From assembly GCF_009914755.1 (NCBI RefSeq), contig NC_060936.1: DNA of 64,000 bases; one strand, written 5' to 3'. The position numbers were made by a program, and so were the translations under genes. The notes beneath the pieces are model-generated. The model did no database searches, was not told where the DNA came from, and was given only the letters and a program-made list of their open reading frames with translations. Each line of letters starts with the position of its first letter. The stretch's first letter is position 1. Origin of the DNA: the human T2T-CHM13v2.0 reference genome, Homo sapiens. Below, in pieces: positions 1 through 14,890 of the stretch.

Positions 1-583
1 ATGGTTTCTAAGCTGAGGTCATAAGCTGAATCAAAATGTTCCATCACGAAAATTAGATAAAGATTTTTTCCTATTTATAGAAAAAATACAGTGATAAAAA
101 TTCCCAATTTCAAACCTTTGTCCTCTAAGTTATATTTCAGATTTTGCCACCTGTTGTTGCATATCTTCTAAGAAGAGCTAGTCTATAAAAAGCAGAACAG
201 AAAAGTGAGTTATTAAAAATAACAAAACAAAGCAAAAATCGTTAGGAAAAGACATTGGTGCTTAAAAAAAGCCTTTGTTTTTCTCATGAACTCCTATTTA
301 TGGTTGTGAATTTATATTGTATACATATTATTTAGCCATGTTTTACTAGTTGGTAAAATTATTCCTAGTTTTCATGATACAAATATTCCAGTATTTCACC
401 ATGTGCAATGAATAGCACTGACTTAGTGGTGCTCTATTCTCTGAATCAAGTAGATGGTCTTTGCTCTATCATGGATTTGGGGTCTTTTTACTTCTTTTTA
501 ACATGATGCTCAAGAAAATATGGTCTGGTTAATGCTGAAGATGAAACAGTTTATATAGTTCTGCTCATTTTCAGACCTAAAAG

Positions 584-587
<4 letters not shown>

Positions 588-637
<50 letters not shown>
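588..637. repeat. (CA)n microsatellite, about 25 units
   Basis: Direct reading. Confidence 0.98.
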
Positions 638-641
<4 letters not shown>

Positions 642-3339
642 TCCTACTTTCTTATAGTGTTATTATTAGTGCCTTTTCTCACATGCATTCTACCACCCAT
701 TCTAACCCAAAGCAGCACTTTTAAAACATGTAATCAGAATGTTCTGTAGCAATTTGTGACAGAAAATAATAACATATCCAATAGAAATTCCTAAAGGTGT
801 TTCAGCAGGTGGAATGCAGAATGATCAGCAAATGATTTGGCTAGAACCTCTGCCAAAACCTCCACTTTTGTGAAAAGGGCCATTGGGAGTCCTGATAATG
901 AGATGTGGTTAGGATTTTGACATCTGCTCTTAAAGATATTACTGGAAGCCCTTCCAGGACCAATACTGACAGCTCAGGAACTCCTTTTGACTTGCCTTTC
1001 CAAGGAATCTTATGCCTCAAAGAAAGTAATCAGAAGATTTGTTTCCTCCAGAAAGCCAGGGTTGGCAAACCGAGCAAGACTGGTCTAGGGAGGCAGATAT
1101 CCTTCATTCTACAACTTGTTTGTTTAATTGATAGCCAACTTTGCAAATTCTCTCTGAGCTGTTAAATGCACATGGAAAGATGCAGAGAGGGCAGCATACA
1201 TGTGTGAATTACTGCCAAACATCTCCATATGTTGTGTCACACGTAACCAGTTTTCCTATGGAAAGGGATAGGTGAAAATGAGAATGATTTACTCTCACAA
1301 TAGCCTATTTTTGCAAGGAGCATATGTTTAAAAAATCTAGCAATAGTCATAACTCTGCTCAGTTTCATGTAACTTTGAGTTACCACATGGTATATCCTGG
1401 AAGACTAATTTTACTGTGTCTAATATTAGGACTACCTTAGCACTCTTCACTTTATAATGATCCTGTGAAAGAAAAAAAGGAATAAAAGTTAATAATTTAT
1501 ACATAAAAATTTAGACCATAATGGCACTAAAAAAGCAAAATGGATTTTGTCTCCATTGTCCCAAAGCATCGTTGTCCTGTGCATGTGTTCTTGGTGCTTT
1601 GGAAGCACATTAACATTTAAATTCTTGAGAGTTTACACGGTAGTGATTCCCTGAAGCAGTTACCCTACCTTTAAGCAGGCCTACCCTATTCCTTGGGAGT
1701 CATTTCAACAGTGGGAGAACCTGGGAGTATGTATAAAATAATCTTATGTTAAACCAGCAGTAATTTTATATTTAGCCATCCTTACTTAATTCTCAAGGCA
1801 GACAAGTTTTCTACTACGTATTAGTTTCTTGCACAGATGGACTCTCACTAGGGAGGCTTCTTATAACTATTTAATATATATGTGCTTTTTCATTATATCC
1901 AGACTTATATTTGCTTATTTATTTCCTCCATATCAGTCTAATCCAGATGGACAAATGTAAATGGGAAAAAAATCAAGGTCATCATGATCTTTAATATTTT
2001 CATCTGTTTTTTGATCTATATGCTTATCAAAACAAAATTCTTATTTCTCTATTTTTAAAAAATATACTATTTTATATTATTCCCTGTAAGCATAGCTCTG
2101 ACTGTATAGTTCTTCATATTATGCCTTTTAGAACTTGTGCTGTTAGCCTGATATTCACTTGTTAATTTAATCACTTATCAAATGTTTGAAAGTCCCTGGG
2201 ACAACAGCTATATATTTTTAATGCTTAGCACTCAGTAATGTTTTTGCATTAATACTATGTGCTAAGGAAATTCAGATTGAATAAGATGGGATCTCTAACC
2301 TGGAGGAATTTCACAGTCTAATGGAGACAATGGATATGTTGCATTTGTGCTGGGTCTTGAGTTATAAATGGGATTAAATCAAGGAAGCAGCCACTTCTCA
2401 GGCAAAGCACCATGTCCTAATGTTTCAGTCATCTCCTGAAATAACCCTTTTGGCCACCAGTATTTGTTTTTTTAGATGGCTGCTTCAGGTAAGGGGTACA
2501 GTACACACTCTGTAATATCTCTTAGGATATTAGAGACCCTCTGTAATATCCTAAGTGACTCATATGGAGCTGCCACCAATGATTTACTTACCATTGATCT
2601 ATCTATTCACTACCTCTAAGGAAGAATGGATACAGCAGACTTTCTATTTCAAGAGCATTTGATGAAATAACAGCTTTTTTCAGGTGGCTCTGAGAATGGA
2701 TTAAGAGAATCCAACCTGGTATTTGTAAGATGTACCTAGAGCCTCTTCTAGGACACATTTGAAAGGGGGATATAAAATACAATAAAATAGTTGTAGATAA
2801 CCTTAATGAGGCAGAAAGGCATAAACACAAGACTTAAAGATCACATTAAATAAGCTGGCCAGTGTGAGCTACTTACATGTCCATATCTATTATCTATTGC
2901 TGATTTGGGGTTCTCTTTTAGGCCTGCAAATCTGTTTTCTCTTTCAATGACTTTGATCATCTTCTATCTGAACATCCAATAAGTGATTTCAGCTTTGCCT
3001 TTCTGCTTATCTTTTGCAGCTAATCCTGATCCATTTTTCCTTATTGTTTTTCTGGTACCAATTTTAGTCTTGCTACATCTTATTGCTTAACTGTTTCAAG
3101 GGGCCCATAACTTGATAATGAGACAGGATCTGAGAGTATTGGAAGATTATTGTGGTTTCTAGAGTAAGTCAGCCCTAACTATGCCATTCCTGGGGGCCAG
3201 AGAGCAAAGGAGGTTCTTGTCAGGTACCAGTTATATCTTATCTCTTGTCTTCAGAGGTCAGTGGATAGATAGAGATAATCAACGCACTTTAGTAACAAGC
3301 TTCCTTGCTCCTACTGCTCTGTTTTTTGTATATAATATC

Positions 3340-3935
3340 TCCCACCTGCTGTCCATTTTGCTCAAATGTCATCTTCTCAATAAATTTAGCCTTACCACCC
3401 CAAGTACAATTGCAACCATCCCCCTCCTCTGCTCCCACCTCCCACAGCACTCCCATTTGTCTTAGCAGGCTTAATTCTTTTTCTTTTTTTTCATGTCATT
3501 TGTTGCCTTGTAACATATTATGGAACTTATTTATTGTGTTTACTGTTTAAGTATTTTCTTCCCACTAGAATGTAAACTCTGTAATTTTCGTTTGTTTTTA
3601 TTGATGTAGCCCCAGTCTAGAAAAGTGCTTTAGCATGTAACAAATTAATTTTTTATTGGTACATAATAGATGTACATATTTTCAGGGTACACATGATAAT
3701 TGGATACATTCATATAATGTGTAAAGATCAAATCAGGGTAATTGGGATATATACCACCTTAAATATTTATCTTTTCTTTATGCTAGGAATATTTGAATTA
3801 TTCTCTTCTAGCTATTTTGAAATGTACACTAGATTATTATTAACTATAGTCACCCTATTGATCTGTCAAACAATATGTCTTATTTCTTTTAACTATATGT
3901 TTAATTTTTAATACTTATTAAATATATGAATGAAT
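3340..3935 (+). mobile_element. L2 3' end, interrupted by an L1 fragment
   Basis: ctcaaatgtcatcttctca..cccactagaatgtaaactc..ccccagtctagaaaagtgct, resuming with ..atgaatgaat at about 3925. Confidence 0.7.
3645..3905 (-). mobile_element. L1MA 3' end fragment
   Basis: ttttattggtacataatagatgtacatattttcagggtacac..taactatagtcaccctattg matches an antisense L1MA 3' UTR. Confidence 0.8.
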
Positions 3936-5692
3936 AACTCCAATATCCACATCATTGCCATCATTCAGAATAGACTTATTTTGCATTCTTAATTCTTATT
4001 TCAACTATATATGTTTGCTAAGAATCTTTCTTTTAATCCAGTGTTACTGCAGAAAATGATATTTCTCTCTTCAGTATGAAAGGATTAGCTATCACAGTGA
4101 AAAAGAATATAAAGATATGTGAGAATGGCTTTGAGAAGCTAGAGATGCTAAAAGAATGTTAGATTTGCTTCTATACAATAGTACCCTCCAGGCAATAAAA
4201 GTATTTACCTTAGGCTCATGTTATCATGAGTATGAATTTTATTAACTTACTTGTTATGTGCAAAAGGAGATGACAGCATGCTACATCTGAAAGAAAAAAT
4301 AAACTTTTGCCTTGTGTCTCCTCCAGAACAAAACAAAAACCTCAGTAACCTGCAGAACTTAAAGATCGTTTACGTAAAAGGGAAGTAAAAAGGTTCAGAA
4401 GCCTTAAACAGGCAAAGTGAAGCAAGCAATATATTGCCATTCCTCAGTACTTAAGGAGAGAACTTAGAAGTCCTGTAAAATCAACTTTTCTGCATCACTC
4501 CAAGGAGATATAGTAGTGATTATAGAAAAAAATAGTTTTATAAATACAAATACATAGTTTAAGTCATTTCTTCTAAAGTCTTGGAAATTATATGCTAGAT
4601 GAGATGGCTGAAAATTATATGAAATTGTGGAGTTACCTGTTTTTACATGACCAGTAACCAAGCATGATTTTTTGACAGAAGGTTCACAGGCCTATGCCAA
4701 AATATGATTAAATTGCTCAATTAAGTAAGAAGAGATGACAAACTAGAACAGCTGTAGGCCAAGGATTGGTCCACATGAACTGTGCGCACAGTATGGATTC
4801 AGAGTATGGAAGTGTCCATCTAGGGAAAGTAATAATGAAAATGGTCACTGAAAGAATGGCCATTTTTGTTCTGCCACTTTTGTAATAGCCTAATATTTTT
4901 TAGTAGCACTCAAAATGCTAAGGTTTTGGGAAAGGCAACTTTGGATTTGGAGAGTGGTTAATTTTACACGAAATAATCTTGTTTGTTGAATTTCTTATGC
5001 TATTAAGCCACATAGCTATAAAGCAAAAATAAATTTTAGTATATTGTCTCTTCAAGCTATGCTTCTCAATGAAGGGTGTATAGCAAATCATCTGTAGAAA
5101 TTTAGAAAAAATACAGAGTTCTGGGTTCTACTTCATAGAACCCAAATGCCCTGGGGTGAGGCTCGGCAACTGTGTGCCAGGAGCATTGCTCAGGTGATTC
5201 TGATGCCTGTTGCTGACTTGTAGTTGCTACAGAAAGAGAACCCACTTAACTTCAGGTCTAGACAAATGGAAAATGTGGAGAAGAAAATAGAGGATAAGTA
5301 ACTGTGTCAGTTAAACACACTTCTGAGATTTACAGCTCCTTATTCACAATTCTGAAATCTTGAAAACGTTGAAAGCCAAAAAAGAAAAAAATAAGGCTTC
5401 ATGAAACCTGCCCAGCCCTCATCCAGTTTCTGGCACAACCATATCTGAACTGACATGAGGCTTTTCATGATCTGTATTTATCCCAACAAGTGTGAAGAGA
5501 TATGTGTTTTGTTACCGAAGCATGAATGTATTTCTTATGGAAGTTTTACTTGATAAACTGTATATGTGCACTCTCTCTCTATATATAGAGAGAGATACAT
5601 ACATACATATATATATAAAGTATATATGTAATATATATACTAGTAATATATATACTATATATAGTAGTCTATGCTAATATATATTATATATA

Positions 5693-6069
5693 TATATTAG
5701 TCTATTCTCACACTGCTAATAAAGACATACCTGAGACTGGGTAATTTATAAAGAAAGAGGTTTAATTAACTCACAACTCAGCGTGACTAGGGAGGCCTCA
5801 GGAAACTTACAATCATGGTGGAAGGGGAAGCAAACACATCCTTCTTCACGTGATGGCAGGAAGAAGAAGAATGAGTGCCCAGCAGAGGGGGAAGCCTCTT
5901 ATAAAATCCATCAGATCTCTTGAGAATTAACTCACTATCACGAGAGCAGGATGGGAGAAACCACTCCTATGATTCAATTATCTCTAACTGGTCCCTCCCA
6001 TGGCATGTAGGGATTATAGGAACTACAATTCAAGATAAAATTTGGGTAGGGTCACAGCCAAACCATGTC
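5693..6069 (-). mobile_element. THE1 (THE1D-like) MaLR solo LTR
   Basis: tatattagtctattctcacactgctaataaagacatacctgagactggg..cacagccaaaccatgtc is the reverse complement of a THE1 LTR. Confidence 0.93.
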
Positions 6070-6079
6070 TATCTATCTA

Positions 6080-6116
<37 letters not shown>

Positions 6117-6140
6117 GTATCAATCATTTATCTATCTATA
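6068..6140. repeat. (TCTA)n/(TCTG)n compound microsatellite
   Basis: Direct reading. Confidence 0.9.
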
Positions 6141-7439
6141 AACTATATACATATAGCTGTATATATACCATTTTCTCTTCTAGAATCTAAAGAATTTTAG
6201 ATCTTAAAGGGTATCTGGTCTCAATAAGTTTTGAATAAGACATGGTAGAGTTGTAGTAATGGCTTCAGTTGACATTTTGTTCTGTCCTACTCAGATGATT
6301 TGAATATATTTTACTGATTCTAAATTTTTTGAGGGCAGAAACTCTGTATGCTCACCTTATATAATAATGACCATACATATTGGGTCATTTAAAATAGTAC
6401 CTCATCCAGGTCTCACAACAATCATGTCACGAATGCAGGGCTCACTGTTCCAAGGATGCGAGTCAATGAGCTATCACAATGCTTAGTGGAGGGGCACAGA
6501 ATTAATAATCCATGAGTATTTAGTAAACTGAATATTGTTTTAAATTGAATTGAACTACTACATTTTTTTCTATAAGTAATAGAATACATTCAATGTGTGC
6601 TGGTCAAAAAAACCTTAAATGGGAAAATATTTAATAAATACTTTTATAAAATATATAGACATTTTGTAAATCCTATGAGCAAATGTAAAAGGTCAAGGGA
6701 TACAAATTTTATTGATGTATGTAAGACCAGAGTCAGCTTTAAGCATTAAATTTAATGTATAAGGGTAGGATTGGTACTAATCACACTTATTTTGATAAAC
6801 ACTTATTTTTATAAGCTTCCCTCTAGTGATATATACTCAATCTTAGAGGAGTATACCAGTAATGTGGGAAGTGGGTTTGGGATAAAGGGTGCAGGGTGGT
6901 CAAATGTCACCCTCACTCCTTCTCCATCAGTGAGGTCTTCAGCAGCTGAGCCAGTGGTCCACTCCCAGAACCCGAGGTCCTCTGCACGTGAGGCTTAGAC
7001 ATGTGATTCCTGTTCTGATTGCACTGCCTTTCAGGACCTACTGGATGCTTACTGTTTTTGGTGTTTTCATAAGGAGATTACCATTTTCCAAATGCTAGTA
7101 TAAGCGAAGGGAGAAGACCAAATAAAATGGACTAATTTGGCTGCAGTGCTAAATTGTTCTGTGCAAATCATGAAACTTCTCTGTGCCTGCTTCACCATTT
7201 GTGAAATAAAGATTGTCAAACTGGGGTGACACTGAATGGTGATGAGTACAAATGAACTGAAGTTTCCAAGAGTCCTTTGAAAGTTATTGTATATTTAATA
7301 TAGGTGAAGTATTGGTTGAATGCACTGAATAAATAAAATGTTTTTACAAAAAATCTGAAAATATAAAATAATTAGTTTGAAAAAATATTACTTCATTAAA
7401 TATTGTTAACATTAGTGAAATACACACAGAATCCATTTG

Positions 7440-7630
7440 CTAAGAGCTTGGACTTTGGGATCAGGCATGATTGTATTTAATCTGCATCCTGGCTCTGCTG
7501 TACTGTGACACTGAACCAGCTATCAAGCCTCTCCAAGCTGTCTGGTTATATTTTCCTGTTCTATAAAATTGGGAACATAGTAATGCCTGGATCATGGAAA
7601 AATATGTTAATTAGTTGTCAATAAATATAT
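7440..7630 (+). mobile_element. MIR fragment
   Basis: agagcttggactttggga..cctggctctgctgtact..ctataaaattgggaacatagtaatgcct. Confidence 0.55.
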
Positions 7631-9241
7631 TGTAGGTCCTAAAAGGTACAAAGTGAAAACTTGGTTAGCCTTTCCCTTCTTCAGAGAAATAAAGGTAGAA
7701 TTGAGGTATGTGTTGGGAGGGGAGACACTTCTCAAGTATAACCAGACTTAGAATCTGTAGGGTTTATTTGGCTGTGCACCTTTGAAAATCATTAAATATC
7801 TGTATTCTTTCTATAATTAATTATTTCTGGACTTTAAGAATATCTTTCTAGGACTAATGATGAAAACTTGAATTCTCTGTTAAAACATCTTGTGTTCTAC
7901 AGTGCTAAAATGAGGGTGAGAGAAAGAGTATGGACAAATTGAACTGTTCCTAAGAATACAGTGGACAAGATAACCAGGAAAAAGCAACAGCAACAATTTC
8001 CCAATACAAAACACTTTGGCTATATAATTTTTTAAAATAAAACAGACGGATAAGTAAAACAGCAATCTTTTCAAAACCATGGTCTTTTGTACAAAAGTAA
8101 AGGATATCTTTAGAGACCAAAAATAAAGTGTGACTCAAACCCAGACAGGTAATGAGTAGGACTGTGACTGGCTTGAGGGCATCTGCCAATGCTAATGACT
8201 TAGAGCACTTGTTTTTTCACTCATGTGAAACAAAACCCAAGGGCTCAGACAAAGCCTGTTGTCAAATCAGAAGCAACTGATATAAGGCCAGGAACCTTGA
8301 ATAGCTACACTCTCACTGAAAAAGCAAAAAACTACCTTAAATAAAAAAGGTGCTTTGGAAACTTGGTTGTCTTGTCAGAGATCCTAGAGAGAGGAAAACA
8401 TAAAGTATCCCCTGAGAATTCATAATATTCTGTTCCTCAAGTGAGTTGATGGCCCAAAGTCTCACTACCTGTAGGCTTAAAAAACTCCACATAAAAATTT
8501 ATTTTGGAGAGATCCCAGGTTGGAAGTTTCCTTAGTCCCTTCACAGAACGAAGCAAAAATTCTCTCTGAGGGAACACACTAACAAATCAGTCCTTAAAAT
8601 ATCTCCACAAATAAATTACTGATAAACATGACTGCATAATCAAAAATTACAAAACACAGAAACAAGTGTCATGAGAAACAGCAGTAAATACAACTAGCAG
8701 AATCAGACCCACAAAGATTTTAATTATTAGAATTATCTATATAGAACATAAAGTAATATATGCAAATAAATAAAGAGGAAATTGAAAATATGGGTGAGGA
8801 ATGAAAGACTGAACCATTTGAAAATGACCCAAACAGCACTTTTAGGAATACAAATTTTAAATGATTGAAATGAAAAGTTCAGTTGTGGGTTAAAGAGCAT
8901 GTCAGAAAAAGATAGAGAATATGTTTAATATGTTTTTAAATGTAAGCAAACATTTATCATATTAAACAGCTACCATAGTGATTTCTTTCGGAAAAAGCTT
9001 AAGCAAGTGTTAATAAAAGTCAAATGGAACTGAAATTCTGGAAAAATTTCCATAATATTTGGGAAGGAGGGTTAAATAATCACAAATTTTTCAAATTGGT
9101 GGCAGTAGAATGGTGATATTGATTAGTTCCGTTTTGCTAATTTAAGTATGCAGAGTGAAATTTTTAGGACAACTTCCTAGTGAATAGAAATCCAAACCAA
9201 TATAGAAGAAAGGAAGAAATGAAATGAAAATAAAATCTCAG

Positions 9242-9638
<397 letters not shown>

Positions 9639-9719
9639 TTAGTAAGCACAATTAATGTAATTTTTCTGTTAAAGAGCAAAGATTAGCAGGCTAGCTTAAA
9701 ACATTTCCATCTATATGCT

Positions 9720-10255
9720 GTGCATTAGTTTTCTACTGCTGCATAACAAGTTACCATAAACTTAACAGCATTAAACAAGACACATTTGATAGCTCACTCT
9801 TCTGTAGGTCAAGTCTATGTGGGCTCCACTGGGTTCTCTACTTAGGTTCTCATAAATCTGAAATCAATTATTGGCCAGACTTGGCTCTTTCCTGGAGGAG
9901 CCAGGAAAAACCTGATTCCCAGCTCATTCAGCTTGTTGGCAGAATTCAGTTCCTTTTGCTTGTAGGGCTGAGGTCCCTGTTTCCTTTCTGGAAATGGCCC
10001 TGGCCACCTTAGGTCTTTTCAAATTGTCTATTCCATGTCAGCAAAGGAGAGCATCCCTGCATTGAATCCCTCTCTAGCTTCCAATATCGCTGACTTCTAC
10101 TGCTTTTTAAAGGACTCATATGAGTAAATTAGTACCACCCAATAATCTTTCTTTTGCTGCTCATCATAGTCACAGGTTCCACCCAGAACTAAAGGAAAGA
10201 GGATTACACAAGAGCAAGAGCCATAGGAGGTCATTCTCGGAATTCCATCTCACAT
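9720..10255 (-). mobile_element. MLT1-family MaLR LTR
   Basis: tgcattagttttctactgctgcataacaagttaccataaactta..ctcattcagcttgttggcagaattcagttcc..tgtagggctgaggtccc. Confidence 0.8.
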
Positions 10256-10493
10256 ATACTGTTCTCAGAGTCATGTTTAAAACGTAAAGTAATAATGCCT
10301 GGAAAACATATACCAGGAAAATACAACCTAAAACAAAGTTGATATAGTTATATTGCTGTCTAGCAAAATAGACTTTTGACAGGAAACAAAGCATTTTTAG
10401 GATTAAAGAAAGATACTACCTAATGAACATGTAACAATTTTAAACTTGTATGTACCATATAACATACTTTCAAAATTTATAAAGAATAAATTA

Positions 10494-10614
10494 GGCTGGA
10501 TATGGTAGCTCATGCCTGTAATCTCAACTACCAGGGAGGCCAAGGCAGAAGGATCACTTGAGGCCAGGAGTTTGAGACCAGCATGTGCAACATAGCAAGA
10601 CCCTGTCTCTAAAA

Positions 10615-10657
<43 letters not shown>

Positions 10658-10824
10658 CTGGGCATGGTGACACATACTTTGTAGTCCAAGCTACTTGGAA
10701 GGCTTAGGCAGAAGGATTGCTTGAGCCCAGGAATTCGAGGCTGCAGTGAGCTATGATTTGTGCCACTGCACTCCAGCCTGGGCAACAGAGCAAAACTATG
10801 CCTCTTTAAAAGAAAAAATAAAAG
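10494..10824 (+). mobile_element. AluJ element with (TAAA)n expansion in the central linker (10611-10657)
   Basis: Both arms present. Approximate TSD aaagaataa(a/g)tt. Sits in old L1 sequence. Confidence 0.95.
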
Positions 10825-13800
10825 AAAGAATAAGTTGACAGAATATGCTAATTGTTAAATCCACCATCATAGTGCTTATGGTGGAAAAGAAAAAGCACTG
10901 AAGATGTAAGCATTAAGCATTAAGAATTTAGAAAAACAAAAGAACAGGTAAATCAGTCAAAAATATATTAGGAAGCAAATAAAGATATGAGCAGAATTAA
11001 TAAAAATAAAGGTACTATATAGAGGATCGAAATATACAAAATTTGTTATCTGAAAGGCTAATAAAACTAACAAATATAAGATTAATCCAGATTAAAAGAG
11101 TACAAATAAACCATGTGAAAAAAATAAACTATCAACAGATGCAGCAGAGATCAAAGATGTAACCATATGCTTCAATACAGAAAAATATCAGAAAAGTAAA
11201 ATGAAAATATCTTGGATATGTAATTACATCGGATATATTAACAAAACAACAGAAAATGAAACGGTTTGACTAAAACACTTTTACTTGATGTAATCTTAAA
11301 AATATGTCCTAAAGCTGATATTTCACTTATATCTTAAATAAAAATATTTGGCTTTATTTTTAGACACTGAATGCTAAGTAGGATTTCTTTTTACAAAGGT
11401 ACACATTTAGGTCGTTGCTTTTAAATTTCTAAGTTTTCTATTATGAATATCACTGAAACACTCATTCCATAACATTATAATTATATCTGCTTTCAAGCAA
11501 CAATAAAATATAGAAGCAGTGCTTACTCAAACTTACAAACCATGTTACTGGCTAGTTCCCTTACTTCTTAATCTTTCAAATTCTGAAAATGGTTATGGTT
11601 ATGTCAGATGGTTGAGTTACCAGTCTTTTCTTGGACTTGCCATTTCCTAACGTTAGAAACAAACATCAAGCCTATAGTTATCTTCCGCACATTAGCCTAC
11701 AGATTTGGGTTTGTCACCCAATAGAGCTGGCTGAACCATTTTGATAAGTGGTATTATGCAAACAAAATGGCAGGCTACCTAGTGGTGCAGGACCTGGGAG
11801 ACTGAGCTAACTCTTTTGGCTCCATCATTAGGGATAGCATGTAGTAGGCATTTCATTTAGAAAACTGGAATGCTGAGGATCTTTAAGATGAGATTTATTT
11901 TCCCTTTGAGAAAATATTTGCTTTTTTGTGTGTTCCAAGGGCTCCTTTGTGGATAATATTTTTTATGATCACATTTCTGAACACATCCTTTATTTTTCTT
12001 TCTATTAGCTCTCCATCCCTGTATACATTTTCAGAGCCGTTATATTATGGTATATCGTACATAATTACTTTCTCTAGTAATGATCAGTTATCCATGTTAA
12101 CAAAGCAGAGACGGTATGCATCCTGAAAGCTACTCATTCTTTCAGGCAAAAATAAATGCTCAATCATATAATATTGGGCTAATATAGTTTGATAATTTAG
12201 CCACCCATAAGGAATGGCATGCTAGAAGATGGTGTAAATATTTTTTTTTCTGCTGGCTTCTTGCTCAGCAAAACCAGTGATCATTCTCATTTTTTCCATT
12301 TATTCTAAATTACAATTCAATGTGGTGGAAAGCAAATCGTACTGGGGCACATCATATTTATTTGTATTTGTTAACACACTTTTTGAAACTCTGCAGAACT
12401 TGCCTGGAAAGGTACTTTTTGATTGTGTATATTTCTGTATTCAGATGATTCAGGTGTCTTTCTCTAAATGCTTCTTTATTCTGAGACATGCCCAATTTCC
12501 TTACTTAATAATAAAACAGTCCATCACTCATTGTAAATCAGTAGGGATCCAGCAATAAGGTGCAATACATCACAAAAGCAGGGCAGGCTATCATTGAGAT
12601 AATAAGAAGATGCATTAATATTCATGCATTATGAAACCCTGGTTGTGCCTCTAAAAAGCTGTAGAATACATTCCAGGTTTAATGTTCACCAGTAGGTGTT
12701 TGCCAGTGATTTTAAGATACTTCTTGTGGCAATTTATTCAAGGCATCACTAGGTGATTTAGGAAACTTTCATCTGCAGTTTCCATTCACTTAACTGTATA
12801 CTCAGGTAATGTTCCTCAGTGAGTATGCATAATCCTTTCTGGTTAGCCTTTGGGTTGTTCTTTATCTCAGTTGGAAGTGATATTGTGTAAGACGGATCAT
12901 ATATGTATGTCTGTGTATGTGATGTGCTGTGTATGGTTAGAATAGGAAGGGCAGCAGAAGGGTGGTAAAACTACATACATACATCCTATATAGTACAGTA
13001 TTTACATAGTGTCAAAGACATGAAATTTAGATTTTGTTTCCATCTCAGAGTAATTTAAGCGCGTGCATAAGAAAATAATGCTATGCTACAGTGGATGCAA
13101 AATTACCAACAAAGCAGGGCCACCACAGAGGATGCTTGTATTGCCTATTCCATAAGAAAAGTTGGACCTCAAATAATAAATGAGAAAAATTAACCAGAAA
13201 CTCTTTACCTGTCATGATGATGTTGGGTTTATTACTGTTGTTAACATTCTGTGTACATAGGATGGACACACACCCAAAATTCATTCAGATGTTGGGACCA
13301 GTGATGTCTGACTTACCCCAAGAGGGTATAAAAAGATTTATTTCATAAGTAGTGAGGCTTTCTGGGGAGAGCATGGAGGCTCCCAGGCAAATCTGAAAAT
13401 AACTTGAGCCAGGGCCAAGAAAGGAACCTGGTTTGGAATTTTTATGGTGTACTTGGAGTGAAACCAGGGTGAGGGTTTCCATACATGGTTTAAACTTCCT
13501 GCTGGTACCAAAGGAAGGGGCACCATAGTTTTCTTATCAGTTTTCTCAAGTGTCAGGCAGAAAGGGAAGAAGGAGGGGTGAGGCTTAAACGTTGTAAGCA
13601 ATCAAACATAAAAAAAATGGAGTCATTTTTCATACTACAGTTATGATGATGTTGGGAGAAACTTTGGGAAATATGACTGTAGTGTATTTGGGACTTTATA
13701 TCAATATGCTTAGAAGCAGAGAAGTAAAATGAACAACTTGAAGAAATACTGGAGCCCTGTTGTTCACCTCACCTCTTCTCCAATTTAAATTCTGACATTT

Positions 13801-14553
13801 TCTGGCTGGTAACCAGTGTCTCATCACTCCTAGCCAGTGCTCATGTCCTTCATCATGATAAAGAGTCTTTCTTCTTGGCCTGTGTATGTGAAGATGTCTC
13901 ATTCTGATGTTGGCTTTGGCTATTGGTAAATCAGTATATCCTGAACCATATTCCATGGGCGGTAAAAGTTCTCAAACATTAGATCTGCTTTTACAAATTA
14001 AAAGAAATTCAGTATCTTTCCATCCTGTCACTGAATGAACCACCATAGGAAATTTCAAAGCATATGTTAAATTATGGGTTTTCTTAATATTGAAAGCTTG
14101 GCATTAATTGGCTATACATACTGAGAAAGTGCCAAATACTTGCTTATAATTTCACCTAAAATATTGTTCCTGATGTGAACCAGTATATGACCACAATATA
14201 CTGACCAATATATGACCACATTTTCTTCAATGAAATTGAATAAAATATCAACCAAGTCAGGAAAATAATATTTCAGTGATAGGGAAATTCTTCCCTAATT
14301 GTCTCAATTGACTTTCTTAGTTGCACAAGGAACTAAAAGAATGTTGGCCATGATGACAGTTATACCAGGATCTTTATTGAAGTATTTAAAAGATAATTAA
14401 GGAAATCTATGAAAATCCTATTTCTGGTGGCATATTTTGCTGTAATTTTCATGAGATGGGAGACACTACCAATGTGGGACTATGGTATTACTATTATCTT
14501 CAAGAGAAGAGATGAAAAATCTACCTACTAAATGCTGTTAAAGAATACTTAGC

Positions 14554-14890
14554 AGCCGGGCTTGGTGGCTCACGCCTGTAATACCAGCACATTGGGAGGC
14601 CGAGGCAGGTGGATCACCTGAGGTCAGGAGTTCAAGACCAGCCTGGTCAACATGGTGAAATCCCATCTCTACTAAAAATACAAAAATCAGCGGGGTGTGG
14701 TGGCACACACCTGTAATCCCAGCTACACAGGAGGCTGAGAGAGGAGAATCGGCTTGAACCCTGGAGATGGAGGTTGCAGTGAGCCGAGATCGTGCCACTG
14801 CACTCTGGCCTGGGCATTAGAGCGAGACTCCATCTCAAAAAACACACAAACAAACAAACAAACAAAAAACAAAATAGAAACAAAAAAACC
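14554..14890 (+). mobile_element. AluS element with (AAAC)n tail
   Basis: Full dimeric Alu; cttagc on both flanks. Confidence 0.96.

Larger units (their letters stand above)
5332..6250. mobile_element. Old TcMar-Tigger-like DNA element remnant, split by THE1 and microsatellites
   Basis: Left end tacagctccttattcacaattctgaaatc and right end ttttgaataagacatggta resemble degenerate Tigger/MER46-like termini. Confidence 0.4.
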
